A program made the position numbers and the translations under genes. This document shows positions 9,719 through 20,600 of a stretch of 64,000 bases of DNA, piece by piece. This stretch comes from Terriglobia bacterium (GTDB taxonomy: Bacteria > Acidobacteriota > Terriglobia > Terriglobales > Acidobacteriaceae). The notes beneath the pieces are model-generated. The model searched no databases and was not told the origin of the DNA. It worked only from the letters and a program-made list of their open reading frames with translations. The stretch lies in assembly GCA_963732045.1 (NCBI GenBank), contig CAVSYI010000008.1, forward strand, positions 63,317 to 127,316, given 5' to 3'. How positions within the stretch are numbered: the stretch's first letter is position 1; each line of letters starts with the position of its first letter.

Positions 9719-10676
9719 TCAATACCCAAACTCCGTCGGTGCCGCGTAAGCGTGATGCTTCACCGCCAATTCTTCTACCCGGCATGCGCCCAACTGGTTC
9801 ATGTATCCGGCGCGGTCGGCGACCGCATAGACCCAGCGTTGCAACCATGCGTCGCTGTCTCGCAGAGTCTTCGTATTCTCATGATATTGCCGAAAGAAAG
9901 CGTTGTCGCGGCTGTAGTATCCCTGCACCGGCGAAGGATGCGCTCCATACCTGCACTCAACCACCGCATGAACCATAAATCCCGGAATGACGGTGCGATT
10001 GGGATCGCTGGCAATCACTTCAGCATCAACGATTTCTTCGGCCACCACGATGACTCGTTTCGCGGCGCGAACGCCTTCGATCATCACCCCGAAATTGCCC
10101 CAGCAGTGAGCGTTGCCATCACGGTCGGCACGCTGCAAATGAACAATCGCCACGTCCGGCGCAAGCGCCCGAACCGCATGCAGCTTCTGTCCACGTGGGG
10201 CCGTCGCCCAGGCGGGTCGTAGACCCGCCAGATTCCGCATCAAACGGTGACTCAATCTCCGCAAAGAATTCATTCTCACGCGCGACATCACTCCCGAGCG
10301 CAGTTCGAGTCGGCAGAAACGGCACACCCATCGCGGCCGCCTGCAGCGCCAACGCCACCGCAAAGTTCGTCAGGTTGACGATCTTCAAGCTACCCTGCTC
10401 CACCCCACGACGGAAGTTGTAAGCCGACCCCATCATCACATTGCCCACCCAAGCGGCAATGACACGCTCAACGCACCCCGCGGCAATCATCTGATCGAAG
10501 AGAATGTCTGAGATCGGACCAATTAGCGTAAGCCCATGTTTCTTCTGGCGGATAATCTCATGCCCCGCTGCAAACGGAATCATCTGCTCCATCTGCAGAC
10601 CAAGCGCCACCGAGGAGCCATCCGGCACCAACTCGGCAACCGCTTCGCGCATGGTCATGAGTTTTCCGGGAGCCAT
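9719..10676 (-). CDS. CoA-transferase subunit A (GctA/3-oxoacid CoA-transferase A family), frame-split
   Basis: ORF 10119..10676 (MAPGKLMTMREAVAELVPDGSSVALG...) continues in ORF 9719..10363 (...ALAPDVAIVHLQRADRDGNAHCWG...). 958 nt = 3n+1, junction about 10200-10240. Confidence 0.75.
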
Positions 10677-10680
10677 ATTC

Positions 10681-11455
10681 CTACTTGGTCCAGAAGCCGT
10701 CTTTGTCGTACTCGCGAATCGCCTTAAGCTCTTCCGCTGTCGGTTCTGATGTCGTGGTCACTTCTCTCAGACACCCGCAGCGGCCAGCCAGTATTACGCA
10801 ACACATCTTCCATGCTCACGCCCGGATGCGTAGACGCCAGGTAAGCCTCTCCATCGTCGCCGAAGCGCAGCACGGCTTTGCTGGTAATCACCGCCGCCGG
10901 ACCACCGCGAGGCAAACCCACCCGCTGCCGCCAGCCGCCGCCGTCGCCGTTCCCCGGACTGGTGATGTACGAAACCCGCTCCGGCAATCGCTCCTTGCTA
11001 TGTTCCAGCAGAGCTACAAAACGCTGAGCCAGCGAAGCGATATCGCACGCGCCGCCCGACCCCGGTAGCCGCGTCATACCTTTCGCTCCGTGAACTTCTG
11101 TCGAGTTCAAATTGCCAAATCTATCGACCTCGGCAGCTCCGAGAAAACCCAGATGCACTCGACCCGATTGCAGCAGGCTCATCACTCCCAGCATGTCCAG
11201 ACATTGGGTCGCGTTCTTGATATTCGCCGGATCGGCCATGGTGTAGATCAGTTCCGGAGAAGGCGTACTCCTGATCACGCCATTTTCAAACAGTCCGATC
11301 GCATTCGGAGCGTGAGTTTTCTTGGCCACTACGAAAGCAATCAGCGGCAGCCGCATTCCAACGAAGACAATTTCCCGGTCGCGAATTTCACGCGCAGCGC
11401 TGACCACCATCAATTCGCCCGGCGTATAAGCTGTCTCTGAAATCGCAGTCGCCAT
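10681..11455 (-). CDS. CoA-transferase subunit B, frame-split near 3' end
   Basis: ORF 10724..11455 (TPGELMVVSAAREIRDREIVFVGMRLP...RLPGSGGACDIAS). My translation of the other frame gives the expected C-terminus LREVTTTSEPTAEELKAIREYDKDGFWTK*, stop at 10681-10683. 775 nt = 3n+1. Confidence 0.75.
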
Positions 11456-11540
11456 CGCGAGAGAAAACTGAGAACCGAGAACTGGGAACTTAGAACTGGG
11501 GTTTTAACCAACCAGGTTGTCACCGGAAATCATCGCCGAG

Positions 11541-12716
11541 CTAAAGATTAATCGCCGATTTCCGGACCTCACCAATCGAAGCCAGCGGATCCCGCGCACC
11601 TTCCTTGGGCGCAATCCACTTCTTCTCATTGCTGATGATGTCCAAAAGCACTTTCTTGTCTTCCGCCGACGGCAAATGATCTTTCAGATGTTCGGCATAG
11701 CCGGCATCATCCACCGCTTCGCCGGTCTCGGCATGAAATTTCTGCCCCGCGTAGCGTCCGATATTCCGATTGAACTTAATGTGTGGCGCGTACAGCTTGG
11801 GCTGTCCAGGTTTCAAATAGATGTTGAAGCGGCTAATCAGTCCCGCCACTTCGTCGTGATAAAGCCGCCGGTTGTAGTCATTCAAATCGTCGAGATCCGC
11901 AGCCTGCTCGTTCTTGGGCTCATCGTACCGTCCCTTGATGCCCCACACATAGGCCCAATGCGCGGACGAAGAATGATCGGTGCCAAACAGATCGTAGGAA
12001 CTCGAAATCCATTTGTTGAGATATTTCTGGATCAGCCATCCCGGAATCACGCCGGCTTCGACGATGCGGCGCAACCCGTCGTTGCCCGTCCCCATGTGAA
12101 ACGCTTCCTCACGCAACATGTAGGACATCGAGCGACCCAGCGGCGCGAAGGCCGAGTACTTGAACATCTGCAGTTGGAATTTTCCGTCGCGATCGACGAA
12201 GTCGGTGTAGGTGAAGAAGTCCATCCAGTTGTCGACATCGACGTTGAAGGCGCCCAGCAGACGTTTGTTGTCGAACGCTCGGCGCTCCAGCATCTTCTGC
12301 GCTTCGACTTTGCCGGAGTATCCGAAGTGGTCCACCAGCAGCGCGCACATCTGCCATCCGTGACGCATTTCTTCGATCATGACGCGGGTGATGGCGCGAC
12401 GGTCCCAGTCCGTAGGAGCACTTTCGAACAGGTAGCGTTGCTGCTCGACGCTGGCAAATTCCGTATCGCCCTGATAGACGATCATATTGATGAGAGCGTC
12501 GCGCATCTGCTGGGTCGGCACCTGTCGCAGGTTCTCCCACTTGCGACGGCCTTTGTAGGAACCGAACTCGATTTCTTCGGTATCGATCGCGCCGTACAGC
12601 GTGTCGAACTTGAAGCTGGCGATTTCGTCGTGGTTGACGCCAATCTCCTTGCGCCAATCGTCAAAGAGTCCCACCCAATCGCTGAAGGTCCCGATTTTTG
12701 CTACTTTGCCTGGCAT
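11541..12716 (-). CDS. BoxB-like diiron oxygenase (benzoyl-CoA/phenylacetyl-CoA epoxidase family)
   Basis: 391 aa. Resembles BoxB as I recall it: QGDTEFASVEQQR, MIEEMRHGWQM and MLREEAFHMGTG (two ExxH diiron motifs), FVDRDGKFQL. About 80 aa shorter than canonical BoxB. Confidence 0.65.
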   Translation of the reverse strand: MPGKVAKIGTFSDWVGLFDDWRKEIGVNHDEIASFKFDTLYGAIDTEEIEFGSYKGRRKWENLRQVPTQQMRDALINMIVYQGDTEFASVEQQRYLFESAPTDWDRRAITRVMIEEMRHGWQMCALLVDHFGYSGKVEAQKMLERRAFDNKRLLGAFNVDVDNWMDFFTYTDFVDRDGKFQLQMFKYSAFAPLGRSMSYMLREEAFHMGTGNDGLRRIVEAGVIPGWLIQKYLNKWISSSYDLFGTDHSSSAHWAYVWGIKGRYDEPKNEQAADLDDLNDYNRRLYHDEVAGLISRFNIYLKPGQPKLYAPHIKFNRNIGRYAGQKFHAETGEAVDDAGYAEHLKDHLPSAEDKKVLLDIISNEKKWIAPKEGARDPLASIGEVRKSAINL

Positions 12717-12732
12717 GAATATTTAACCCTTC

Positions 12733-12812
12733 AACCACTAAGGTCACAAAGCGATCACGAAGCGAATCGCATTGCGGAAATTCCTTCGTGATCCTCTGTG
12801 TCCTTCGTGGTT
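12733..12812. repeat. Composite hairpin of the cacgaagg family, between enoyl-CoA hydratase stop and boxB-like start
   Basis: aaccactaaggtcacaaagcgatcacgaagcgaa (12733-12766) versus ttccttcgtgatcctctgtgtccttcgtggtt (12781-12812). Same unit family as 59115-59210. Confidence 0.6.
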
Positions 12813-12837
12813 TACGCCTTAAGTCTGCAAATCTTCA

Positions 12838-13665
12838 CTATTTCGCCTTGAACACCGCAGGCCGCTTCTCCACGTAAGCCGCCAGCCCCTCTTTGGCGTC
12901 CTCGCTCTGGAAAAGCAATTGCTGATTCTCGCGTTCCACGGCCAGTGCCGATTCCATCGGAATCTCCCACCCAGTCTGCACCGCACGCTTGATCCGCCCC
13001 ACAGCTTTCGCAGCCTTATTCGGCGGACAGAACTGCCGCGCATATTCCATGATGTTCTCCATGAAATTATCGCGCTCGTAAATATCGTTGATGATCCCCA
13101 ACTCCTTCGCTTCCTCAAAAGAGAAGGTGTTGCCGGTCACCATCAGTTCGATCGCCTTGCTCTTGCCCACCATGCGCGACAACCGTTGCGTCCCGCCGGT
13201 GCCAGGCAGTACGCCAAGATTCACTTCCGGCAGCCCGATCTTGCCCGCATCCTGACGCGCGATGCGGATGTCAGCTGCCATGGCAATCTCCAGTCCGCCG
13301 CCAACGCAATGTCCGTTCAACGCGGCGATCACCAGCTTGGGCGTGTGCTCCAGCCGCAGCAGCGTTTCGTTGGCATGCAGGCAGAAGTAGTACTTGAACG
13401 TCGGATCGACGCTGACCAGCATCTTGATGTTCGCGCCCGCGGAAAAGAATTTGTCGCCCGCGCCGGTGAGCACGATCACGTAGACATCGTTATCCATGCG
13501 CGCTTTGAGGATGGCCTCATCGAGCTGCCGGTTCATCTCGTAGGTGTATGTATTCGCCGGCGGATCACTCAGCTCAATCACCGCCACACCTGCATCCACC
13601 CGGTAGTTGATGAGTTGCTTGGTCGATTCGCCGCTTGCCGGCTGCACTGTCGTCGCCATGGTCAT
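12838..13665 (-). CDS. Enoyl-CoA hydratase/isomerase (crotonase family)
   Basis: ORF 12838..13722. Start MTMATTVQ at 13665 preferred. VIVLTGAGDKFFSAGANI and GHCVGGGLEIAMAADIRIA motifs. Confidence 0.85.
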   Translation of the reverse strand: MTMATTVQPASGESTKQLINYRVDAGVAVIELSDPPANTYTYEMNRQLDEAILKARMDNDVYVIVLTGAGDKFFSAGANIKMLVSVDPTFKYYFCLHANETLLRLEHTPKLVIAALNGHCVGGGLEIAMAADIRIARQDAGKIGLPEVNLGVLPGTGGTQRLSRMVGKSKAIELMVTGNTFSFEEAKELGIINDIYERDNFMENIMEYARQFCPPNKAAKAVGRIKRAVQTGWEIPMESALAVERENQQLLFQSEDAKEGLAAYVEKRPAVFKAK

Positions 13666-13707
13666 ACTCCTTCTCGCAATCGTTAAGATGCCGTGATTAG
13701 CCCGATG

Positions 13708-13823
13708 GTGTGGGACGAACACTCTTGTCCGCCGCTTTGAAGTTGATTCTCGCTATCCCTGACACGCTCGGCAACAAACTTAAGTCACCTTCACAGGCGG
13801 CGGACAGGAGTGTCCGCCCCACA
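13708..13823. repeat. GC-rich inverted repeat (ggcggac...gtccgcc type) after DapA-family stop
   Basis: gtgtgggacgaacactcttgtccgccgc (13708-13735) versus gcggcggacaggagtgtccgccccaca (13797-13823). The right arm is itself a hairpin, ggcggaca-ggag-tgtccgcc. Confidence 0.55.
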
Positions 13824-13826
13824 AGT

Positions 13827-14893
13827 CTAGTTCCGCACGTCCGCCAGCAACCGCTCCACTTCAGCTTTGAGATCCGCCGTGAGCGGTAATAGAGGCAAGC
13901 GCCCCGAACCACCGTAGTAGCCGTTCAAATCCATTCCATACTTCAGGCCCGGAATGCCCAGTTCACCGCCAACCCGTTGCGCCGGACCTGCAATCCGTTC
14001 CTGCTTCAGACGAGCCAGTTCAGCGTCGCCTTCCTTCCACGCAGCGTAAATCTCGTAGCAGGCCGTGGGAGCCACGACTCCGAAACGCTAGCACTCCACC
14101 CACCGCGCCAGCCTGCAACGAAGGTTCCAGCTTCTGCGCCAGTCCGGCCACTATCTGGAAGCCGACTTCCTTCTGCCGCGTCTTCATCCCGCTCACCACG
14201 CTCACCGCAGCAGACGATGGCTTGGCTGCCGCCCAGTCCCGCAACCTGCACCAGTTCCCCGCCCTGTCCGTTGCTTCCGCTGGACGCCTTCAACATGCGC
14301 GGCGTGACCGCGTCGAACGTTTCGGTGACTGTCGCTGCGCGCTTCACATGCCGCGTCGCTTCCGCCATCCGGCGGATTTTCTCCACATCGCCGCCCGACT
14401 CCTTGATCCCGATGATGTTGGGATGTTCCGCCAACTCGATCACCACTTCCGCCGGCATGTCGTATCCCGTAAACGACGGAACGTTGTAGATCAGCACCGG
14501 CAGCGGCGAACGATCGGCAACCGTGCGGTAGAAGGCCAGCAGGTTCGCGGGCTGCATCATCTTCTTGTAGAAATGCGGAGTACGCACCAGCGCAGCATCG
14601 TAGCCCAGTTCCGCCGCATATTCGGTAAGCCGCAAAGTTTCGCTGGCCGACTCAATTCCGGTGCCGGCAATCAGGACTTTGTTCGGAGCCGCCGCTTCGC
14701 GCGCGACCTTCAAGACTTCGCGGCGCTCGTCGTCGGAGAGCATGATCGCCTCGCCAGTCGAGCCCAGAATGACCAGGCCGGCCACTGGAGTTCTCGAATA
14801 GCGCTCAACATTGTGCTCGAGCTTTTTGAAATAGACGTTGCCGTCAGGATAGAAAGGCGTCGTAAGTGGAGGAAAAATACCTTGAAGGAGCAT
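13827..14893 (-). CDS. Dihydrodipicolinate synthase/N-acetylneuraminate lyase family enzyme, frame-split twice
   Basis: ORF 14006..14893 (GIFPPLTTPF...GLVILGSTGEA...IIGIKESGG with Schiff-base Lys). Continues in ORF 14020..14244 (EVGFQIVAGLAQKLEPSLQAGAVGGVLAF), then ORF 13827..14075 (APTACYEIYAAWKEGDAELARLKQERI...). 1067 nt = 3n+2. Confidence 0.75.
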
Positions 14894-14942
14894 GGGATTC
14901 GCTGTCAGCAGATCAAGCTTATCAAATCCTCGAGCGACGATA

Positions 14943-15444
14943 TTATCCCGAGCGAAGTCGAGGGGACCCTATTGTGACGCTTATGCCTAATCCAGCTTCC
15001 GCCTTTTCGGCCGGCGCCACAAAATGCGCAGGGTTCACAGCGCCAATCTGCACCAGCAAACCCAACTGGTCCCAGTTGTCCCAACCCTCGACGATCTTTC
15101 CGTCAACCATTCGCTGAATTGAAGTGCCGGTGACGGTAACTTTTTTCCCAGTCGGAGCGAATCCCAGGAATTCCCCCTGGTGAGTCATGGTTGATGTCCA
15201 GCGGGCCACCACTTTGTCTCCCTGCTCAATCACCTGGTCGATGGTGACCTTCAAATCGGGAAAGCGCTGTGCGCAGATCTACGGCAAGTGTCCTGAATTC
15301 CTTGAGGCCGATGTCGGTGTCGTGTTGCGCCTGTCCATGACCGATCGCGTCGGGCGACGCCATCTCGTCAATCGCTTCCATCCGGCCTTTGTTCCAGACT
15401 TCTTCAAACCAGCGGCGAATCAGAGCGCTATTTTCTTGCGCCAT
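14943..15444 (-). CDS. SnoaL-like ester cyclase family protein, frame-split
   Basis: ORF 15226..15444 (MAQENSALIRRWFEEVWNKGRMEAIDEM...) plus ORF 14943..15254 (...DKVVARWTSTMTHQGEFLGFAPTGKKVTVTGTSIQRMVDGKIVEGWDNWD). 502 nt = 3n+1. Confidence 0.6.
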
Positions 15445-15464
15445 ACTGCACCTCCGAGGGAAAG

Positions 15465-18400
15465 CTACCCTCTTTGGCCCTTCACTGTACGCTCCGCATG
15501 CAAGTGCTGCAATGCCTGTACCCGCAGCTCTCCGCGCTGCAAAGCCGCGATGCCTTCAGCCGCGGCTCGCGCCGCCGACAAGCGTCGTAATCGTAGGAAT
15601 GCGCGCCTTCACCGCCGCGCGCCGGATCGCCTTCTCGTCGAACCAGGGATCGACCCCGTGCGGCGTATTGACGATCAGGTGAATGCGCTCGCCCTTGATG
15701 AGATCGACCACGTTGGGTCGTCCTTCTTTCACTTTGTAGACGCGCTCCACGGTCATGCCCGCGGATTCAATCACGTCAGCCGTTCCGGCCGTCGCCACCA
15801 GCTTGAAACCCATATCCACAAACTTGCGCGAAACTTCGGCCACGTCCGGCTTGTCATGATCGGTAACGCTGATGAAAACCATCCCCTGCGTGGGCAGCTT
15901 CTGTCCGGCCGCGGTCTGCGCCTTGGCAAAGGCTTCGCCGAAGTTGTCCGCCACGCCCATGACTTCGCCGGTAGACTTCATCTCCGGACCAAGCACGGTG
16001 TCGACTCCAGGAAACTTGTTCCAGGGAAATACTGGAGACTTCACGTAGTAGCAGTGCCCGGTATCGAGATCGGCCCGGCGCTCGATAAATTCCGGCAGAA
16101 ATTCACGCAGCTTGCGCCCGGTCATCAAGCCGCGCCGCAATCTTCGCCATCGGCACGCCCGTCGCCTTCGAAACATAAGGCACGGTCCGCGAAGCCCGCG
16201 GATTCACTTCCAGAACATAAACCTTGCTGCCATCGGACAGCAAGAGCCAGAAATCACACTGGCCCGCGGAATCGCAAACTGAATATTCATCAGCCCGACA
16301 ACTTTCAAAGCCCGAGCCAGCTTGAAGGTGTACTCCCGCATGCGCTGCAGAAGATGCTCCGGAATATCCACCGCCGGCAGCACACACGAAGAATCGCCGG
16401 AGTGAATGCCCGGCCTCCTCAATGTGCTGCATGATCCCGCCGATGACCACGTCTTCGCCATCCGAAAGCGCATCCACATCAACTTCGATCGCGTCTTCGA
16501 GGAAGTGATCGATCAGCACCGGACGGTCCTGCGAATACTCGACCGCTTCTTTCATGTAGCGGACGACCATCTCTTCGTCGTACGCAATCACCATGGCCCG
16601 CCCGCCAAGAACGTACGACGGCCGCACCAGCACTGGATATCCAACCCGGTTCGCACCTTCGATCGCTTCTTCGACCGAAGCCGCCATCGCGCCCGGAGCT
16701 TGCGGGATTTCGAGTTCATCGAGCAATTTGCCAAAGCGCTTGCGATCTTCCGCCAGATCAATCGACTCCGGCGACGTGCCGATAATATTCACGCCCGCAG
16801 CCTTCAGCGGCAACGCCAGATTCAAAGGCGTCTGTCCGCCAAACTGAACGATCACGCCGACCGGCGCGCCGCCAGAAGCCTCGTGCTCGCAGATGGCGAA
16901 CACATCTTCCAGAGTCAGCGGCTCGAAGTAGAGACGATCGCTGGTGTCGTAGTCGGTCGAGACCGTCTCAGGATTGCAATTGATCATGATGGTCTCGTAC
17001 CCATCATCGCGCAGCGCAAACGCCGCATGACAGCAGCAGTAATCGAACTCAATTCCCTGCCCGATACGATTCGGCCCGCTCCCCAGAATGATCACTTTCT
17101 TCTTCTCGGTCGGCGTAGCCTCGTCTTCCTCTTCGTAGGTCGAGTACAGATACGGCGTATAGCTCTCGAATTCCGCGGCGCAAGTGTCCACGCGCTTGTA
17201 GACCGGAGCAATCCCGTGCTTCTTGCGCAGGTGCCGAACTTTTTCCTGCGAGCCTTTTCCGTCCAGCCGCCAGACCTGCGCCAGCCGTCCGTCGGAGATC
17301 CCCATGCGCTTCGCCTCGCGCAGCACCTCCGTCGGAATCGATTCCATCGGATGCTTTTCCAATTCCAGCTGCATGTCGTTAATCTCTTTGAGCTGGTACA
17401 GGAACCACGGATCGATCGACGTCATCTTCGCCAACTGCTTGACGGTATGCCCCTGCCGCAACGCATAGCGAACGTACGAAAGCCGCTCCGGATGCGGCGT
17501 CACCAGCCGCTGCGTGAGGATCTTCGGCTCAATCTTCTCCGCCCCGGATTTCTTACCGGTATCGAGAGCCCGAACGCCCTTGAGCAGCGCCTCTTTGAAT
17601 GTGCGTCCAATGGCCATCACTTCGCCGACAGACTTCATCTGCGGCCCAAGACTCTCATCGGCACCAGGAAACTTTTCAAACTGCCACTTGGGAATCTTCA
17701 CGACCACGTAGTCGAGCGTCGGCTCAAAGCAGGCAGGCGTCTTGCGGGTAATGTCGTTAGGAATTTCATCCAGCGTGTAGCCCACAGCCAGCTTGGCGGC
17801 AATCTTCGCGATGGGAAATCCAGTCGCCTTCGAAGCCAGCGCCGACGACCGCGAAACCCGCGGGTTCATCTCAATGATGACCATCCGCCCCGTCGTCGGA
17901 TGCACTCCAAACTGAATATTCGATCCGCCCGTCTCAACCCCAATTTCGCGGATCACCGCAATCGCCGCGTCGCGCATCGACTGATACTCGCGATCGGTCA
18001 GCGTCTGCGCCGGGGCCACGGTGATGGAATCCCCGGTATGCACACCCATGGGATCGAAGTTCTCAATCGAACAGATGATGATGACGTTATCTTTCAGATC
18101 ACGCATCACCTCGAGCTCATATTCCTTCCACCCCAAAACCGATTCTTCGATCAGCGCTTCGTGGACCGGGAGAAAAATCAAGCCCGCGCGCCAGCACTTC
18201 CAGCATCTCTTCGCGGTTGTAAGCAATGCCGCCGCCGCTGCCGCCGAGCGTAAACGACGGACGCACGATCACCGGAAATCCAATCTTGCCGGCAAATTCC
18301 AGGCCATCTTTCAGGTTGTTCACCAGCGCCGACTTGGGAACATCGAGGCCAATCTTCTGCATCGCGTCTTTGAAGTAAAGACGGTCTTCAGCTTTCTTGA

Positions 18401-18785
18401 TCGCCGCCACATTCGCGCCGATAAGCTGCACGTTGTACTTATCGAGTATGCCGCTATCGGAAAGTTCGATGGCCAGATTGAGCGCGGTCTGTCCGCCCAC
18501 GGTAGGCAGGATGGCGAATCCCTGGCCGCCCGACAGTTCACGCTCGATGCGAATAATTTCTTCCAGATACTCGCGCGTGAGCGGCTCGATGTAAGTGCGG
18601 TCGGCGATCTCCGGATCGGTCATGATGGTGGCCGGATTGGAATTCGCCAGCACCACTTCAAATCCCTCAGCCTTCAGCGCCTTGCAAGCCTGCGTCCCGG
18701 AGTAATCAAACTCCGCCGACTGGCCAATGATGATAGGGCCAGAGCCGATGATCAGAATTTTCGAAATGTCAGTGCGTCGCGGCAT
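15465..18785 (-). CDS. carB: Carbamoyl-phosphate synthase large subunit, split over five frame changes
   Basis: ORFs 18117..18785, 16103..18226, 16204..16482 and 15556..16176 together read as a colinear CarB. Examples: [22 protein letters not shown]..., [12 protein letters not shown]..., [33 protein letters not shown]-like domain. My translation of a last frame gives [37 protein letters not shown], stop 15465-15467. Junctions near 18150-18200, 16410, 16260, 16130, 15580. Confidence 0.9.
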
Positions 18786-18888
18786 TAGTTTTACTTGTCA
18801 CTATGCAACTCTATGATCACAAGTGCTGTCAGGCCAAACTCCAGTCTGATCGATGTGCAATCAGGACTCGCAATCGGAGGGTCTGCTT

Positions 18889-19188
18889 TCAGGAGCGTAA
18901 CTTTGCACTTCGAATCTTGTATTTTCGCGCCAACAGCCATATTCGCCCGATGCCATCGACATATATTGCCCCCCGCGATTTCACCTTGGCAGGAGATCGA
19001 AGCGAAACAACAGGAATTATCCTACTGACTTGATGGTCGAGCACGACGCTTCTGATGTTCGAGAATCCGCCACAGGCTTGGTCGTCATCCCAATGAAGCA
19101 AGTCGCGACTTATGCCGATCTCCGAGAGGGCATTGTCTAGTGCCACCCAATCGAACGCAAGCCAAATCGTCTCACTGCGACTTGACAC
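18889..19188 (-). CDS. ORFan in the carB-carA spacer (99 aa, GTG start)
   Basis: Only sizeable ORF in the visibly lower-GC 500-bp spacer. SSRSETIWLAFDWVALDNALSEIGISRDLLHWDDDQACGG... A run of six G at 18969-18974 inside it could hide another indel. No family recognised. Confidence 0.3.
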   Translation of the reverse strand: MSSRSETIWLAFDWVALDNALSEIGISRDLLHWDDDQACGGFSNIRSVVLDHQVSRIIPVVSLRSPAKVKSRGAIYVDGIGRIWLLARKYKIRSAKLRS

Positions 19189-19286
19189 GGATCGCAGGCC
19201 TCATGCCGTTCCATAAGCTCAAGCAGCCGCACCAACACCGTGATCGCCGATCAACTGCGATCGGAGGGACCTGCTTACGCGCAGCC

Positions 19287-20419
19287 TCACCCCTTCCACT
19301 CCTCCATCATCTTCACAAAATCCTTGAACAGATAATGCGAATCATGCGGACCCGGCGAAGCCTCAGGATGATATTGCACACAGAACAGCGGCAGATTCCG
19401 GTGCCGCATCCCTTCCAGCGTGTTGTCGTTCAGATCGATGTGCGTGAGCTCGACTTCACTCTGCGGCAGCGAATCCGGATCGACCGCGAAATTATGATTG
19501 TGCGCCGTGATCTCGATCTTCCCCGAATTCAACTGCTTCACCGGATGGTTCCCGCCATGATGTCCAAACTTCAGCTTGAAAGTTTTTCCGCCCAAGAGCG
19601 ATTCCAGTGAGTTGATGCCCCAGGCAAATTCCGAAAATCGGCTGACGCCCCATCAGGCGGCGAATGTTGTCCACCGCGTACGTGCAAGGCTCAGGATCGC
19701 CCGGGCCCGTTCGACAAAAACACGCCATCCGGCTTCAGCGCGAGCACGTCTTCCGCCAAAGTCTGCGCCGGCACCACGGTGACTTTGCAGCCTTCGCCAC
19801 GCAGCTTGCGCAGAATGTTCTGCTTGATGCCGTAGTCGTAGGCCACAACATGAAAGCGCGCCGGCTCGTCTTTGACGCCGACGACTTCGTCCGGCAGATG
19901 CGATCGCTCGCCGGTTTCCCAGACGTACGTGCTCTTGGTGCTGACAACTTTCGCCAGATCGGTCCCGTCCATCTTGGGAATGGATCGCGCCTTGGCCACC
20001 AGTTTGTCGGCGTCGGTTTCCAGAGTAGAAACGACGCCGCGCATCACGCCGTGGTCGCGCAAGTGCCGCACCAGCGCCCGCGAGTCGATCTCCGCCAGCA
20101 CCGGAATCTTGAATTGTTCGAGATATTCTTCGGCGACCTGCTGCGAGCGCCAGTTTGAACTGGCACGAGAAAATTCGCGCACGATCAGTCCTTCTATATA
20201 CGGACGCGTGGCTTCGTTGTCTTCGGCGTTGGTGCCGTAGTTGCCGATTTCAGGATTGGTGAGAACTACAATCTGGCCGCAGTAGGAAGGATCGGTGAAA
20301 ATTTCCTGATAGCCAGTAATGGAAGTATTGAAAACGACTTCGCCGTAGCATTCGCCTTTGGCGCCGTATCCTTTGCCTCGGAAGACTCTGCCGTCTTCGA
20401 GCGCAAGCGTAGCTTGCAT
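19287..20419 (-). CDS. carA: Carbamoyl-phosphate synthase small (glutamine amidotransferase) subunit, frame-split twice
   Basis: ORF 19691..20419 ([20 protein letters not shown]...), ORF 19492..19728 ([33 protein letters not shown], catalytic Cys) and ORF 19287..19595 ([17 protein letters not shown]...[13 protein letters not shown]). 1133 nt = 3n+2. Both junctions look like one extra G/C in runs at 19700-19709 and 19588-19593. Confidence 0.9.
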
Positions 20420-20499
20420 TCATGCTCCAGGGAGTGGATTTTCAGAATTTTAGCAGGGATACGAATTTCGCGAAACAAATGATTTCGATGATTTGGATT

Positions 20500-20596
20500 T
20501 TCTTCGCGAACTTTGCGGATTTCCTTGGCGTCCTTCGCGGTAAAAAGCTCTTAACCGCAAAGATCGCGAAGAAAGGCCGCGAAGTTCGCGAAGGAA
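20500..20596. repeat. Composite hairpin (cttcgcg units) starting 5 nt after lepB stop
   Basis: ttcttcgcgaactttgcggatttccttggcgtccttcgcggt (20500-20541) versus aaccgcaaagatcgcgaagaaaggccgcgaagttcgcgaaggaa (20553-20596). Confidence 0.6.
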
Positions 20597-20600
20597 TTCC

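Noticed and set aside
11517-12791. Long ORFs antisense to clearly identified genes. Examples: 26..727(+), 1910..2569(-), 11517..12791(+), 12919..13686(+), 15187..16434(+), 16406..18253(+), 22717..23790(-), 29866..30408(+), 53301..54011(-), 62380..63816(-).
   Set aside because: Their composition is Arg/His/Gln-rich and not protein-like. They fully overlap genes with strong family signatures on the other strand. These are typical shadow ORFs of GC-rich DNA.
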